From NCBI GenBank assembly GCA_026023565.1, contig JAPETS010000009.1, positions 620,001-684,000 on the forward strand: 64,000 nt of DNA, given 5' to 3'. A program made the position numbers and the translations under genes. Source of the DNA: Cirrosporium novae-zelandiae (taxonomy: Eukaryota). A model generated the notes under the pieces. That model made no database searches. It was not told where the DNA came from and was given only the letters and a program-made list of their open reading frames with translations. Shown piece after piece: positions 1 through 13,157 of this stretch; the stretch's first letter is position 1; every line of letters begins with the position of its first letter.

Positions 1-1096
1 TTTCCCATATTGGCTTCGGACGCTGTGGTCATGTCTTCGCAATAGGCGGCACATGTGTAGTCGCCAAAGTAGCAATTGACAAGGATGACCTCGAGCTCTG
101 GGACGACGCTCGAATGCATCAAAAGATCTGGGAAAGCTTCCAAACGCACGCCGGCCTAAACCACGTTATCCAAATCCCCAAATCCCCAAACCCCATGACT
201 GTAAAAGACCCGACGACGCAACGTGGTGGGCAGACAACCTTGTCTACTTCCCCCCCAAACCAAAAACCCCCACCAACAGAGGCGTCCTCATCTCCGAGCG
301 CATCCTCCCAATGCCTAAGCTGGTGCGCGGCGCTCTCGTCGATAAGTACTGCCCCCTCCCACAGCGCCAGGCAGCGAAAACCAATCCCATGAATGATCCC
401 TGCGTCATCAGTCTCTACCTAGGCGAGCGACGCGGCCAACGCCCTTATATGAACTTCGGCCTGCGTAATTTCCCCCTCTACCTCGACTAGATGCTTGACC
501 TGGGCCTCGAAGTCTCCGTCTTCGCCGCCACCATCGGTCATTCACTGGCAATTATGCATCTGGCAGCCCGGGTCGACGCCCGCGACATCGAATTCGTTCT
601 CGGTCGCGCCCCATCTTACACCCACTACCAGCTCCCCAGCTATGCGGAACTAACAAGCATACCGGAGCCCAAGCCCGACAACCACGACCACGACCACGAC
701 AACATCGAACCCGAATTCAAAAACAGACTTATCCGCGTATGGATGCTAGATTTCAACGAATGCCTCCCCATCGAACTGAACGAAGACGGCGTCGACGCAG
801 CCGTGGAGGCCATTTTTCTAAACGATGCTTACTATCCACGGCCACCATCACCATCACCGCTACAAAAACCCAACATACCCGCACTCACACCCACAACCGA
901 AACAACAATAGACAAACAAAACGAAACAGTCTGGCCCGCCTTCCGCGACTCCTACCTCCGAACCGCAAAACTCATCACAGCAGGATGGGATACCAAAGAT
1001 TTAGATCTAGATATAAATTCAGATATAGATTTCCCACAACGCTTCATCGATAAACTAGTCGCTCGAGCTATCTCGGAACATCCGGGGTGGAAGTAA
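1..1096 (+). pseudogene. Disrupted DUF3669-like fungal protein with kinase-like motifs; 5' end lies outside the window
   Basis: The frame from base 3 reads SHIGFGRCGHVF...VVAKVA...LWDDARMHQKIW. It shifts at an 8-bp duplication (caaatccc x2, 171-186) into ...WWADNLVYFP...LISERILPMPK...LYLG...FGLRNFPLYLD. An in-frame TAG at 488-490 follows, then ORF 491-1096 (HLAARVDARDIEFVLG, WMLDFNEC, NDAYYPRP). These motifs match my recollection of the DUF3669 family. Confidence 0.75.
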
Positions 1097-1858
1097 AACC
1101 TAGGACCTAAGATTGAGAGAACTAGGGGAAAAAAACAAAATTCGTGTCTATTGATCCTCCCCCCTAGAAGGCTATTTGCTTATTCTACGGCTCCCTAGGG
1201 GGGTAAATAGTAATAGCAATAGTAATAATATATATATTATTATTCGAGCCGTGTGGTATGGTAAGGTTAAGTACTTAGACTCAGGTTCTGGGGACCATTT
1301 GTTAATCACATCATATTTCAAAAAAAATCTTAAATTTCCATCCATCTATCCCCATCCATATATCTATCCCCCCCTTCCCAAACCAAGATATATATTTTTT
1401 TTTAAAAAAAAACCATTAATTCATTTATTTCACTACTTAAGGGGCGTCCCTTATCCTTATCTTCCTCCTCCTCTTCCTTCTTTTCATGTCTATAACCGCA
1501 CACACACATACATACACACATATATACATACACACGTATAACTACAAACATCCATCCAAACACATCCACACACATTATCCCTTTCCATTCTCGTCTCTCT
1601 CGAACCAGCTTCCCGCTCTCTCGACTACTTTCGATTCGATTGAGCCATCAATCATCGTCTCCATATTCTTATTCTTTCCTCTAAAGGAAGAACCTAAATC
1701 CGTTTCTCTTCATTTCCGGAACAAAAAGGGGAAAAAGAAGGGAAAAAAAAAGGTGGTAATAGTACTTTGTATATACACAATATGCCCATCTATTCAACCA
1801 ATCGTGTCGTGCTTATCTTTCGCACATTCCACCCTGTCCATATGTCCATGGAGCCAAA

Positions 1859-4800
1859 CTAAACATCTCTGATCCTCCCCCCTCCAATTGCAGGACCCCT
1901 CGCCCTCTCGATTTCTGTCTCTACCATTTCGATACCGGAAAGACTGGGGTATTTCTTGCTGAAAGCGCTCTCCCAATCGTCGGCGGTGCCAGCGCCAAAC
2001 TCATCTGATGGAGCGATGCTTGTGTTTGTGGGGGGATAAGTTGATTGTGGAGATGGATTAATGCTAGTGCCGCTAGGTCCGGTTATTTGGCTTCCCGTGC
2101 GTAACTTTTGTGGCTTTGGTGGTGCAGAAGGGCGCTGAGCGAGACGTTGAGGTAGGGCGGCGGGAGTTGCTGATGGCAGGGGTTGTTGTCGTGTTTGGGA
2201 GAGGGTTGGGGATTGCGAGATGGGTTTACCAAGGCCTATTGACTCTTCGCCTCGGTATATAGGTATCGGATATGATTGGGCAGTTGGAGGTCGGCGCGAT
2301 GTAGGATCATGATAGGAATCGGTCGTATTTTGCTCGAGGGAAGGTTGGACAGGTAATGGCTTGTCGGTGTAACGACCATATCCCTCTGCGGTTTTCCGTG
2401 GCGGAGATCTGTTGCTTTCGGATAGTAGGGACTGAACTTTGTTCTGGATCCTCGAGGCTTTGTCAGATGGCTGTCTCGCTGGGCCACCCTGACCTTGAGC
2501 TGCAAGTCGTTGTCGATACTCCTCGGCTGCTTTTGCAACTCTTTTCTCCTCTTGAGAAAGCCGTCGACGTTCAAGTTCCCGTCGCATTTCCGGAGAGACG
2601 TCTTCCGTTTCGTCAAGCGCATCGTCGCTTCTATCATCAGTAGCCTCTGAGCCTTCAATTGGAGGTAAGTTTGAGCCACCTCTTCTGTCACGGTCGGGTG
2701 ACGGGCTTGCAGGACGTCCAGTTGATCCATCAGAATTAGTTTCGAATCTGCGAAAGGCGTCGCCAAATCTACCAGATAGTAATGTTTTTGTTCCTGACAA
2801 AGAAATACTAGATAGACTTCCACGCTTGATATGTTTAGATCCACTGCTATTTCGCTTCTCCCTTTTCTTTGCTGCTTCTTCCTCTTCCTTCGCTCGGAGG
2901 AAGTTAAGGTCCGATTCGATATTTGCATCTTCCTGGGTACTTACAACAGTAGCCATGAGAGATGGAGAAGGCCTGCTAGTCTCACGAGACCTCTCACTAG
3001 CATCCATTTCGGGTTGTGTGCGGGATCGAAAAAACCCAAGACTCGATTGGCCAAGGAGACTAGTAGGCCTAGCTTTCGAATTCGCCGATTTCGAACGACT
3101 AAGATCAAGTTCTACATCGAGATTTGTTGGTCTTGATCCTTCTAAAGATGGTCTGGACGAAGCTGGTGATTGGTGAGCAGGAAAAATGTTAATTTGTGTC
3201 TGTGACTTGGTGTGAATTTCGGAGAGACCAGGCCGCTTCTTCGAAGGATCAGATTCGACCGGTGTAAGCGATCGTGCAAGTGTACGTGGTTGACTTGTCG
3301 ATCGTTGGTGAGTATCGGCTGGCGGGAACCTATATATAGGCCGAGAATTTGTACCTGTATCTTTTAGTGGAAGCCCAGGTGATGACGAGGGCGTAGTCAT
3401 CGTACCAACCGAAACCATTGATGGTCTGGTAGGTTGAGGCTGATAAAGGACAGGTGGAGTACCTGGTGCCTTAGACATATCCTTAACATTCCCAGGCCGT
3501 TCAGACTGTCTGGGTGCAGTTTGCATAGAGGTTGGTCTTGGGGGTTTCTCTGGAGGCTGTGGCTCCCCAACCCGTGCAAATGCTTCATCTGCTAGTGCAT
3601 TGGTGACCTTTTGTGAGATATGGTCGGGCTTTGGAGGAGAAGAGCTTATTGCATGATCAAACTCAAATTTATTACCAGTGTCATGCATCAAAGCAAATTG
3701 GTCAAGCGTAGGGAATCGTGCTGAAAGTTCATCTCCTGGCATCGGCTTTGCATCAAGAGCCGCAAAGGGATCATTCTGCAGGTCTCTTAGGGGAGACGGA
3801 CTCGGTTTCGATGCTGGGGCTGGACTGGGATTTGATGGTCTTCCTCGTCTCATGGGAACAATGTCGGGTATTACTTGCTTTTCTACCGGAGCAGGTGCCT
3901 GGAACACCCCTCCAACTATCGGAGGTGGGCTGCCTGAAAGTTCAGGAGAAGGTAATTGCTGATTTCTTCTGTTCTCGGGTTGGGCTTGACCGGAATAAAT
4001 CTAGAAATCTTAGCACAGTTTCCAAAGTTTGCTTTGATTCCCTTACATCTTTGATCGGGACAGTGGTCCCCCTCATCGAGCAAACCTCGCAGATAACTTG
4101 GTAAATGTTCGGCCGTTGTGCGGGCTTTTCTCGAAGCATAGATGCTATAATAACGTTAACATGGAATAATAGACATAGAAAATAGGCGAACTAGCTACCT
4201 ATCAATCTCTTGATACGGTCCGAGAAAGATGGATAATTTGGGAATCGGAAACTGGCTGTCAAAATGGACATTTGACCCTGCTCTTCAAACGGCGTTGTAT
4301 AATAGCATAATTTATACAATAAGACCCCCAGGGCCCATATGTCACTTTTTTCATTAATTGGTTGCTTCCGATATACATCAATCATTTCTGGGCTTCGGTA
4401 TTGCAAAGTTGTGTGTCGCTGTACATCCTCCTCGATCAATCTTCCCTCCTGTGCACTGGTGGCTGCGGGCCGTGGAGCAGCTGTAGAACCAAAATCGCAA
4501 AGTTTGTATCGTCTAGAATTCTTGGAAACGTTGATGAGTACATTCTCAACCTTGAGATCTCGGTGCAATAAGGGCGGCTTGAGATAGTGCATGCAGGCCA
4601 CGCCTTCGGCAACGTCTGAAAATATGTTGAGGATTTCTGGTTCTGTGAGACGGTGTTGCAACCTTGTGTTCATGAAATCAATCAAGCCTCCTCCGTTGCA
4701 GTACTCCATTAATAAAAACACTTCATACCCCCCCCCTTGTAATTGGGATGCATGAGAATCAAAATATGTGACAATATGTCTATGGCCCTTTAGCTTCTTC

Positions 4801-5102
4801 ATGGTTTCCACCTCGGTCCTCATGTTGGCCAATTGTTCCTTATCCGGTACTGCCACTCTCTTGAGGACAGCCTCATCTTCACCGTTGACCGCCTGCGGAA
4901 GTTTGACCAGGTAAACATGAGCAAAACCACCTTCACTGAGATATTTCTGAATGACAACTCTATGACTTCCGACTTGGACCTTGGTCCCTGGAGCAAAAGT
5001 GCCTGCGGGAGCGGTTGGGACAGGTACGGGAACAGGGTTGCTGAAGGGCTGACGGGAAGCAATTGCGGCGGACATAGCTGCTGGGTGAAAGTTGGAAGCC
5101 AT
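1859..5102 (-). CDS. Ark1/Prk1 (NAK family) Ser/Thr kinase, endocytosis/actin regulator; exons 5102-4199, 4144-4047, 4000-1859
   Basis: Kinase motifs YLSEGGFAHVY, VLKRV, HRDLKVEN, LCDFGS, TTLQYRSPEMID and KSDIWALGVLLYKLCYYTTPFE. Two GT-AG introns (4198-4145, 4046-4001) join the frames into a long Pro/Ser-rich tail. Confidence 0.93.
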
Positions 5103-6928
5103 TTGGTAATTTGCCGCCCCGCTTGTTTGCAGGAGGCAATTTCAATAGACTATGGAGACCTTGACATGGAGGAATAAAAGAATGTATAGATGATTTTGGG
5201 TTTTCACAATGCTTTCTTTTCTGCCTTGGGGACCTTTGAGAAGGGCGATGTTGATGCTCAAGGCAGAAAAGTGGCCCTGCCTCGGACCCCAGTCAAGTGA
5301 GAAGGTGCTAAACTACTTGAGGAAATGCTCTCCGCCTCACCGTCACTCCCAACACATTCAAGCTTAGAGATCCACTTCGGTAGGTACACGAAATTTATTA
5401 AAATATGCTTGATGCTTATACTCGAGTAATATGTAGAGAGACAGAGAGACGAAAAAGATGAAAAGACGACCGATTGTTTATTGTTCTCAACATCCGTCCC
5501 CTGGTCACCCTCCATCGGTCATTCACCTATAACATCCGATCCAAAACAGATGACAAAATATTCCTGTATCAGATGTCTATTCCTGAGCATCACCAAATAA
5601 TCTATCTGTACCTAATCGATGTCTAGCATACTTGTTAAATCCTCTATGGCTTGTCCATCAGGCTTCCAGGAAACGTGGTCTTGTGGTCCTTGGGCTACCT
5701 GGACGAAGATCATAGGACCACAACAAAACTCCAGGCCGCCATCATCATTTTTATAATGACTTTCAACATACTCCAGAAGTTTCCCCAAATGATAATTCTA
5801 TTTGAAAAGCCCAGCCATATCTTCTTCGAGAATTTCCTCTCTTCCCCTTAATTTCTCACATCCCAGGGTGACTTAATGCACGGTGAAATATGCTGGCATC
5901 TTTATCTGCCAAAAAATAAAAACCAACACATCACTATGATTCTTGAACTTCTCGTCAACCAATCTCCATGTGGGTCACCTAGCCACTCTCTCTTATTCCA
6001 TCACCGTTTTACAACTTCAGAAGCGACTGCTCCCCCTAAAACAAATTCTATAACCCTACAATCATCCATCTGGAGTCTAACAGCCAGCCCAATCATAAAA
6101 TCCGCCCACATGATATTTTTAGTATAGCAGAGTGAGGCTTATCAGCATGAACACCGCCTAGACATATACATTGCGCTGTAGTTCATGTTTCAATATGCCA
6201 CAGGTCGTATAGTCAAAGATACGACCGATGGTGATGTCGAAGAGCAGGGTTTCTGGGATATAGAAAATCAAGGCAGTGAAGAAGATACGAACAAAGATTG
6301 CAAGGAGAGAGGTAGAGAATAGATTATTAAAAAGTTGGGAAGGTTGGAGGAGCAGCATTCTAAGGTTTCCGTCTTTTTCTAGATATTTTCCTTAAATATT
6401 GATACGGGGGTTGAGTTGCTATCCCCAGCTGAACATCCTGTGTGTGATAAGAGAGGCCGATGAGGTAGGCATTGCTGATCTTAGACAAATGTGGCCTTTT
6501 TACCTTCGAAGAGTGGTGAGCCTACCTATTTATCCTGCTGGTTTAGCTAAATTCAGACCTAACTATTAGCCCTAATTCAAAAACCAACCACTTCCAAGAA
6601 CACAAGATAATACAACCGCAGTTAACGAAAGAGTGATGGGTGGCCCCTTGGAACATGAACTCGTTTGAGGAAACAGTATACCTTGTTGAGTGAATACTAG
6701 AGGTCGAAGACAAATATTGTAAAGTGCGGTGGGCGCAAATTATACTGAGTCATTCAATAGTTGCTTGGCTGAAGTCGTGATAAAACTGAAAAAATATACA
6801 CAATTATAATTTACCTCCTTAAGCGTGAAGAAACATCTTATGTGGTATCACTAGTCAAAAGTTGGAGTTGCGATTCATCCTCGTCATTCATCTCACCATG
6901 AAACTTTCCCGTATCCCGCCTTATCCGT

Positions 6929-8194
6929 TCATTCAATTTTTCCGTTAGATATTTTACCCTTCGGCCCTTGGGTATCCGGCTGCAATTTCTCTACTAGCAA
7001 GACATAACAATAGACACCGATTGCTGTCAGGCAATGCCACCTAGAGTCAAATCAACAAACATATCACAAAAGAGGACGTTCGGATTAACGAGAATCAATA
7101 CTCAACTTACCAGCCATGCAATTCGGATATCCATCCCCAAGGCATCCCGACTTTTTGCCTCCACTCTCTTAACTGTGTACATACGATGAAATCTAGCCGC
7201 CACAGTATATATCCCAGAGTAAAACTCACTAAATTTTGCATTAGTAACCCCGAATAAATTCCGGGAGAAATCAGACTTACCAAACCCGACGATGGCGACG
7301 TTTCTATTCCATCTCTTCTCTTTAGCTGGTGGATTTCTCTTCTCTGTTTGTTTAACCGCCTTGTAAGCTATTATGCCAATCATTATTGCGAAAGTTACTT
7401 GGTGCAGTATAGAATTTTCTGATTTTGCGTGTATCAATCCAACAATTATCAATGAGGCGGTTAGGATGGCGATTAGCCTCTTCCGAGCAGCCGCATCTTG
7501 ATCAAGAGCAGCAACCCGGTACAAAACAATGGCGGAGGCTATCAACATCGAATATTCATCCACTGTGTAATTTAGCTGAGGGTATTCAGGATAAGCCGGG
7601 GAGTTATGAACCTAATTGAGTGGAATATAATAGCATTCCATGGGAGATAAAAGATCCCACCCCGACACATGCGATCCCGAGACATGGAAGCCATGCACCT
7701 GGTTTTCGGGGTTTCGCGTTGTATCCTCTCCAGGCAAAGTAAACTGGTAAGCCATTAGAAATCAAGGCCTATTCATTGGACCACGTGAGATAAGTAGGGC
7801 ATTTGGACACCGTGGTGCGGATATACTCGAATTACAAAGCTCCCATTTCACAGGGAAAGATCTCAAGTGAAAGGATGGAAATATTCAAATGAATAAGGAT
7901 ACTTTACTGTAAGAAAGATTTGTCCAGGTATTGATAAACTCAGCAATGTATGGGCTGACAGTATAATCCTTTGCGAGTTCTTAACGTTAGACATGTGATT
8001 CTCCTCAAATTAATAAATTCTTTCAATTAATTAAAGGACGAGCTCGCCTCTTCGCAAAAACTGAACCATGACTATTAGCTATATTGACAAAAATTCGAGA
8101 AGCCCAACAACGCATACTTGATGTCACCACGCGGTTCACCCCAAAAATTATCGTGGGGCTTGTATTCCCAGGAAAGGCTCGTCAGGTTCACCAT
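6929..8194 (-). CDS. Alkaline ceramidase (CREST superfamily, YPC1/YDC1-like), multi-exon
   Basis: Spliced translation: FWGEPRGDIN|FCEE|DYTVSPYIAEFINTWTN...GVGSFISHG...QL|VDEYSM...ELHGW|WHCLTAIGVY, ending at TGA 6931-6929. It has the ceramidase CEEDY and AEFxNT motifs and the CREST SxxxH and HxxxH zinc motifs. Confidence 0.88.
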
Positions 8195-8527
8195 TGTTGA
8201 CGATGGGTAGGACAAAAGTGGGACGAATGGAGGACAAACGTAACGACGAGTAGATGAGATAGATATAAGGTTAAAAGAAATAACTCAGGCTTCCATATAA
8301 ATTTATATAGAATTTTAAGAGAAACGGCTCATCGGTTGCCGATGGTCCTGTTCCAATAACAGGTGATAGCGCGGTAGGGTATCCTCGGTTGATATTAGCG
8401 AGGCGGGTTATTGGATGTCCAGGATATCTTACTTTGAATATAGGGCACTCTGTCAGATACATGTTTCCATTTACCTTGGTTCATGATTGGTATTGACCTC
8501 GTATAATATAGCAGGATAGAGGAAACA

Positions 8528-8535
8528 TGACGTCA
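8528..8535. promoter_or_regulatory. CRE/ATF palindrome TGACGTCA in the divergent ceramidase/LYS9 intergenic region
   Basis: Exact 8-bp consensus match; function not shown. Confidence 0.3.
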
Positions 8536-9261
8536 AAGCCCATAACCTGTTGCCTAACTACCCATATACCATATCCCAGGCATCCATTAATGATTTATGT
8601 GATTTGTGCAACCACAATAGAATATGTCTAAGTTTTTATACTGATCCGTGTTAGTTTACCACAAGTCCTATGATAGCATCAAATATTAATAAATAGCAAC
8701 GATGCTACGGTTTCCTTGACGGCCGATTACGCTAAACCTCCGAAATGATACCTTGAAAGTTTTGCATCATTAATTAACTAGTGAAGAATATACACTTCTG
8801 CTTCTCTTGGAGGAATCTCAGGATTTCATAATTAAGTAACTCTTCAGGGGCAGGTAAAATGAGGGAACCTGCCTCCTGAGTGGGAGAAAATCAGCTGCAG
8901 GTGACTTTTCAAATGTGGTTTGAAGCTTGCGAATCCCATGCATAAATTATCGTCATAAAGTCCATCAACCCTGCTCGATGAGAGAGGAAGGGCAAAAATG
9001 TTCATCCCAAGGGCGGTGGAAAATGGGAAATTTCCTTAAGCGAGATTCCGAAACTCCCCTTCCCCCCCCCCCCCCCCCCCCCCGAAATCGGCGCCAGCCC
9101 TTTTCATCTCCCAAAGGGCGACCTTAGGCTTTCTCTTAAGAACCTTCCCCACCAAAATTAGAAGTGGGGTGTTTAGGTTTTCAATAGATATAGATATTTT
9201 ATTGTGCCCTTATCGTGAATAGAACTTTTCATTGAATTTCAATTCGAAAAGATTATCTAAA

Positions 9262-11061
9262 ATGGCTCCAACTCAGAAAGCATTACTGGTAAAAAATCAA
9301 TTCAATCTATACTTCTGATTCATCTCTTGTCTAATCTGGTATTCTAGCTCGGCGCTGGTTTTGTGACCAGACCAACATGCCAAATTCTCAGTGATGCCGG
9401 AATTGAGGGTGAGTTGGAATGAGACCCCTGGCTTACACTTTGAGAGTAGTTTACTAAGTGTCATAGTCACCGTTGCCTGCAGAAGCCTTGACCATTCCAA
9501 AAAGCTCGCCGAAGGCCTTAAAAATGCTCATCCCATTGCCCTTGATGTCACGGATTCAACATCGCTAGATAAGGAAGTTGCAAAGAACGATGTTGTCATC
9601 AGTTTGATTCCATATACGTTTCATGCGACCGTGATCAAGTCAGCAATTCGGGAGAAGAAGCACGTTGTTACCACGAGTTATGTTTCCCCTGCCATGCTCG
9701 AGCTGGAGAAGGAGGTCAAGGAGGCTGGAATAACATGCATGAACGAGATCGGTGTAAGTTATAAACATTACACAGCTCTCTTCGAATGTAAGAGTACTAA
9801 CTTTTAGCTTGATCCTGGTATTGACCATTTGTATGCGGTTAAAATGATCGACGAGGTCCATAAAAAGAAGGGAAAGATAACCAGCTTCCTCTCATACTGC
9901 GGAGGATTGCCAGCACCAGAGAATTCAGATAATCCACTCGGATATAAGTTCTCCTGGTCATCTCGAGGAGTCTTGCTTGCTCTCCGCAATGCCGCACGGT
10001 TCTACAAGGATGGCAAGTTAGTAGAGGTTGAGGGGCCGGATCTGATGGACACCGCAAAGCCATTTGATAGTGGTTATAAGGGATACTCTTTCTTAGCCTA
10101 CCCGAATCGGGATAGCACTACTTACAAAGAGCGTTATCAAATCCCTGAAGCTGAAACCGTTATTCGTGGCACTCTCAGATATCAAGGATTCACCGAGCTT
10201 GTTAAGGTCTTGGTAGACATCGGTTTCTTGTCCGAAGAGAAGTTTGATTTCCTAAACGAGCCTATCCCATGGAAGGAAGCAACACAAAAGATTCTCAGTG
10301 CAACCAGCTCGGCAGAAAAGGACCTTGCCTGGGGCATTGGCTCTAAGCATGATTTCCAAGATAATACTCAAAAGGATCGCATCCTTTCCGGTTTGAAATG
10401 GATCGGTCTTTTCTCTGATGAGAAAATTTCTCCTCGTGGTAACCCTCTCGATACTCTTTGCGCCGCACTCGAAGAGAAGATGCAATTCGAGAAAGGCGAG
10501 AGAGATTTTGTATTCTTACAGGCAAGTAATTTCTTTTGCACTCCTCGACAACATATCCCCTAGTATCTAGTTAAGCAAGATCTTGATTCACAATCACAGG
10601 AGCTGACATTTATAACAAACTACAGCATAGATTCGGCATCGAATGGGCGGACGGAACCAAGGAAACGAAGACCAGCACGCTCTGCGAATATGGTATGACT
10701 GACACCACTATCTAATAACTCGAACATGACTGACAATGAATAGGTGACCCCAAAGGTTATAGTGCAATGGCCAAACTTGTGTAAGTGCTGCCCTAGAGAA
10801 ATTCTAAAAAGAGATGAAGCTTAGACTGAAAAATAGGGGCGTTCCATGTGGAGTCGCTGTGAAGGTATGTACCCCCTCCCCTCCTATATATTTCCAAACT
10901 CTAGCCACGATAGCTGCTGAGACTTCTTCTCATAGATGGTACTCGACGGTAAGATCAAGGGGCCGGGGATCCTGGCCCCCGTTACCCCAGAACTTACCTA
11001 TCCATTGATCGAGGAACTCCGTAAGTGGGATATCGAGATGACTGAAAAGACGGTTGCATAA
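9262..11061 (+). CDS. LYS9: Saccharopine dehydrogenase (NADP+, L-glutamate-forming), lysine biosynthesis; multi-exon
   Basis: Spliced translation: MAPTQKALL|LGAGFVTRP...VTVACR...VISLIPYTFH...NEIG|LDPGIDHLYA...FLSYCGGLPAPENSDNPLGYKFSWSSRGVLLALRN...YPNRDS...RGTLRYQG...LQ|HRFGIEW...GYSAMAKLV|GVPCGVAV. Stop TAA at 11059-11061. Confidence 0.96.
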
Positions 11062-11521
11062 ACACGTTTATATTCCGAAATGCATGGTCCCGGCGAGAAT
11101 GAGCCAAAGAGACAAGAATATTTGAACATGGAACTGAGATATCTCTCTCATAACAACTGATTAGAAAATGATATTCATGTTTAAAAGTTATGATTTTGGT
11201 TCGCATTATAATGCTTGTAGTAGACTCGCCTATCTACAGATTGCGAGACCGTAGGAGAATAATAGGTGGTGAATCCCTGAGGAATTATATTCTAAAAATA
11301 AGTTTAGATAGTAAAAATGTTTGCGTCTAGGGGGGTCCCAGTTTTCGTCGGATCTTGATATTCCAACCCAATCATGCATGACTCAAATATCACGAATACA
11401 AAGCGTAGTCACCAACAAGGTTGGGAACCCAACGCCTGCGCCAACGCCAACGCCAACGCCAACACCAATATCAACATCAACGACAAGCCTTTCGGTAACA
11501 GATATTACTCGTACATCCAAA

Positions 11522-12662
11522 TTATTCCTCCTCACTTTCACTCGAACTATCGTCAAGAGTTTGGTGAGGGAGAATATACTCATCTTCTTGCGCGGATCCC
11601 AACGCCTGTTCCAACTGTGCTTCTAGGTCATCTTTTTCGTCGTTATAGTTGGGCTGAGCTGCTGGTGATGGCAGATGCAGCTCCTCCACGTCTTCGTCCT
11701 CGTCACTTTCTTCAGACTCGCTCTCTTCCATCATTGGTGTTGCTTCCTTTGAGCTGAGGGCCGAGCGGAGGGATATGGGACCAGCTGAATTGGGGCGAGA
11801 GATATTGGGGAATCCAAAGCGGTTTCTCGGTTTCGGTTTTGTGTCCTCAAGACCTTCGATTACAAGGCCGTCATCTTCATCGTCGTCGTCTTCATCGTCG
11901 TAACCAGAAGCCTCGTTATCGGTATCGGTATGATGATTAGTGAAGGTAGGTTTCGGTTCTGGTACTTTAAGATTGGTTTGAGAATGCGGTTTGGGCGACA
12001 ACTGTTGGGCCGCTAGGGGAGGAGAGTCGGCTGGACTGATTGATTCGGGGGAGCGAGAAGATCCAGAGTCCACTTTATTGGTCTTTTTCAAGAAATGGCG
12101 ATAGTCCCATGGATTTTCTGGATCTGCATCCCCCTCCTCATGATCGGAGAAGAGGTCATCCTCGCTAGAGGAGGGTTGATCGGCCGAGACGTTGAGCTTG
12201 GAATATTTTTTGGCGAGACTCTTCGCGGTGGAGTTGGATGAACTCGTGGATAGATCGAAGTTTAACTCAGTGCGAACCTTTTCAAGGTAGAAAACCTGCT
12301 CTTCTTCGTTGAATATGAGAATAAGCGATGTTCCTTCCGTCTCTTGCCCAGTGTATTTGAAATCGCCTGATGGGCTATCTTTATTTGTAGTAGATAGGAT
12401 GAGGCCTTCGCTTGTGGTAGAGGGAGTGATGGTTGATCTAGAGGAATCTAGGATTTCTTTTGGTTTGTGGTTGTCTGTTCGAAACTCTTATTAGCATATA
12501 TTTGGTCTGAGGACCTGTGGAGAGTTGGGAAAACCAAGTACATTTGACGCCTATATATCCAAGGTCCTCTTCTAATAAGCTAGCTCCGGGTTTGATTGGG
12601 TATTTTGCATCTTTCCAAGGAAGAAAGGGATCAGTTGTATCTTCAGTAGTGAAGGAAGCCAT
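11522..12662 (-). CDS. RNA polymerase II elongation factor EAF (ELL-associated factor) family protein; intron 12541-12475
   Basis: After splicing it reads YPIKPG...VK|YNHKP...FKYTG...LILIFNEEEQVFYLEKV, the EAF N-terminal domain pattern, followed by an acidic/Ser-rich tail ending DDSSSESEEE. Confidence 0.78.
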
Positions 12663-12702
12663 GACAGGCAACGAGGTGGCTCTTAAGGAAGAGATGGGGA
12701 TG

Positions 12703-12846
12703 GAGAATGAGTAGAGTCGGAAGACAGATTATGGTAGATGAAGTGTAGATGTGAATGGAAGATGGATTATGGTAAATGAATTGTAAATGTGAATAGAGAA
12801 TGAGTAGAGTAGGAAGACAGATTATGGTAGAGGAAGTGCAGATGTG
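12703..12846. repeat. Three degenerate direct repeats of a ~35-50 bp unit upstream of the EAF gene
   Basis: gagaatgagtagagt(c/a)ggaagacagattatggtaga(t/g)gaagtg(t/c)agatgtg starts at 12703 and 12796. A shorter diverged copy (gaagatggattatggtaaatgaattgtaaatgtg) lies between them. Confidence 0.85.
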
Positions 12847-13157
12847 GCTGCAGACAGTGTGGAGAGGATAGCATTTAATAGAGCTCAATCTGCTTGAAGC
12901 GATGAAAGAAAGCTAACTTTGTGACGTTCCCCCGCATACTTTAGCTCAGGGCCGATGCACCACCGACCACCAACCTTATTGTGCCTGCGTAGTATTTTTC
13001 ACGTGACTATAAAGATATTGACTAGGGTCTATTGAGTACCTAGGCAGTTATAAGAATTCAATACGAATAATGATACAAGGTGGTACAGCCTTAAATACCC
13101 CGAAGCGACGTTTTCCTTTAGATGCCACGGAATGGTTCAAATCATTATTTTAGACAT

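Noticed and set aside
5651..6358. Short ORFs between the kinase and the ceramidase (5651-5851 and 5876-6127 share a frame; 6158-6358 is on the minus strand)
   Set aside because: No recognisable motif or consistent splice model; a relic is possible but unsupported.
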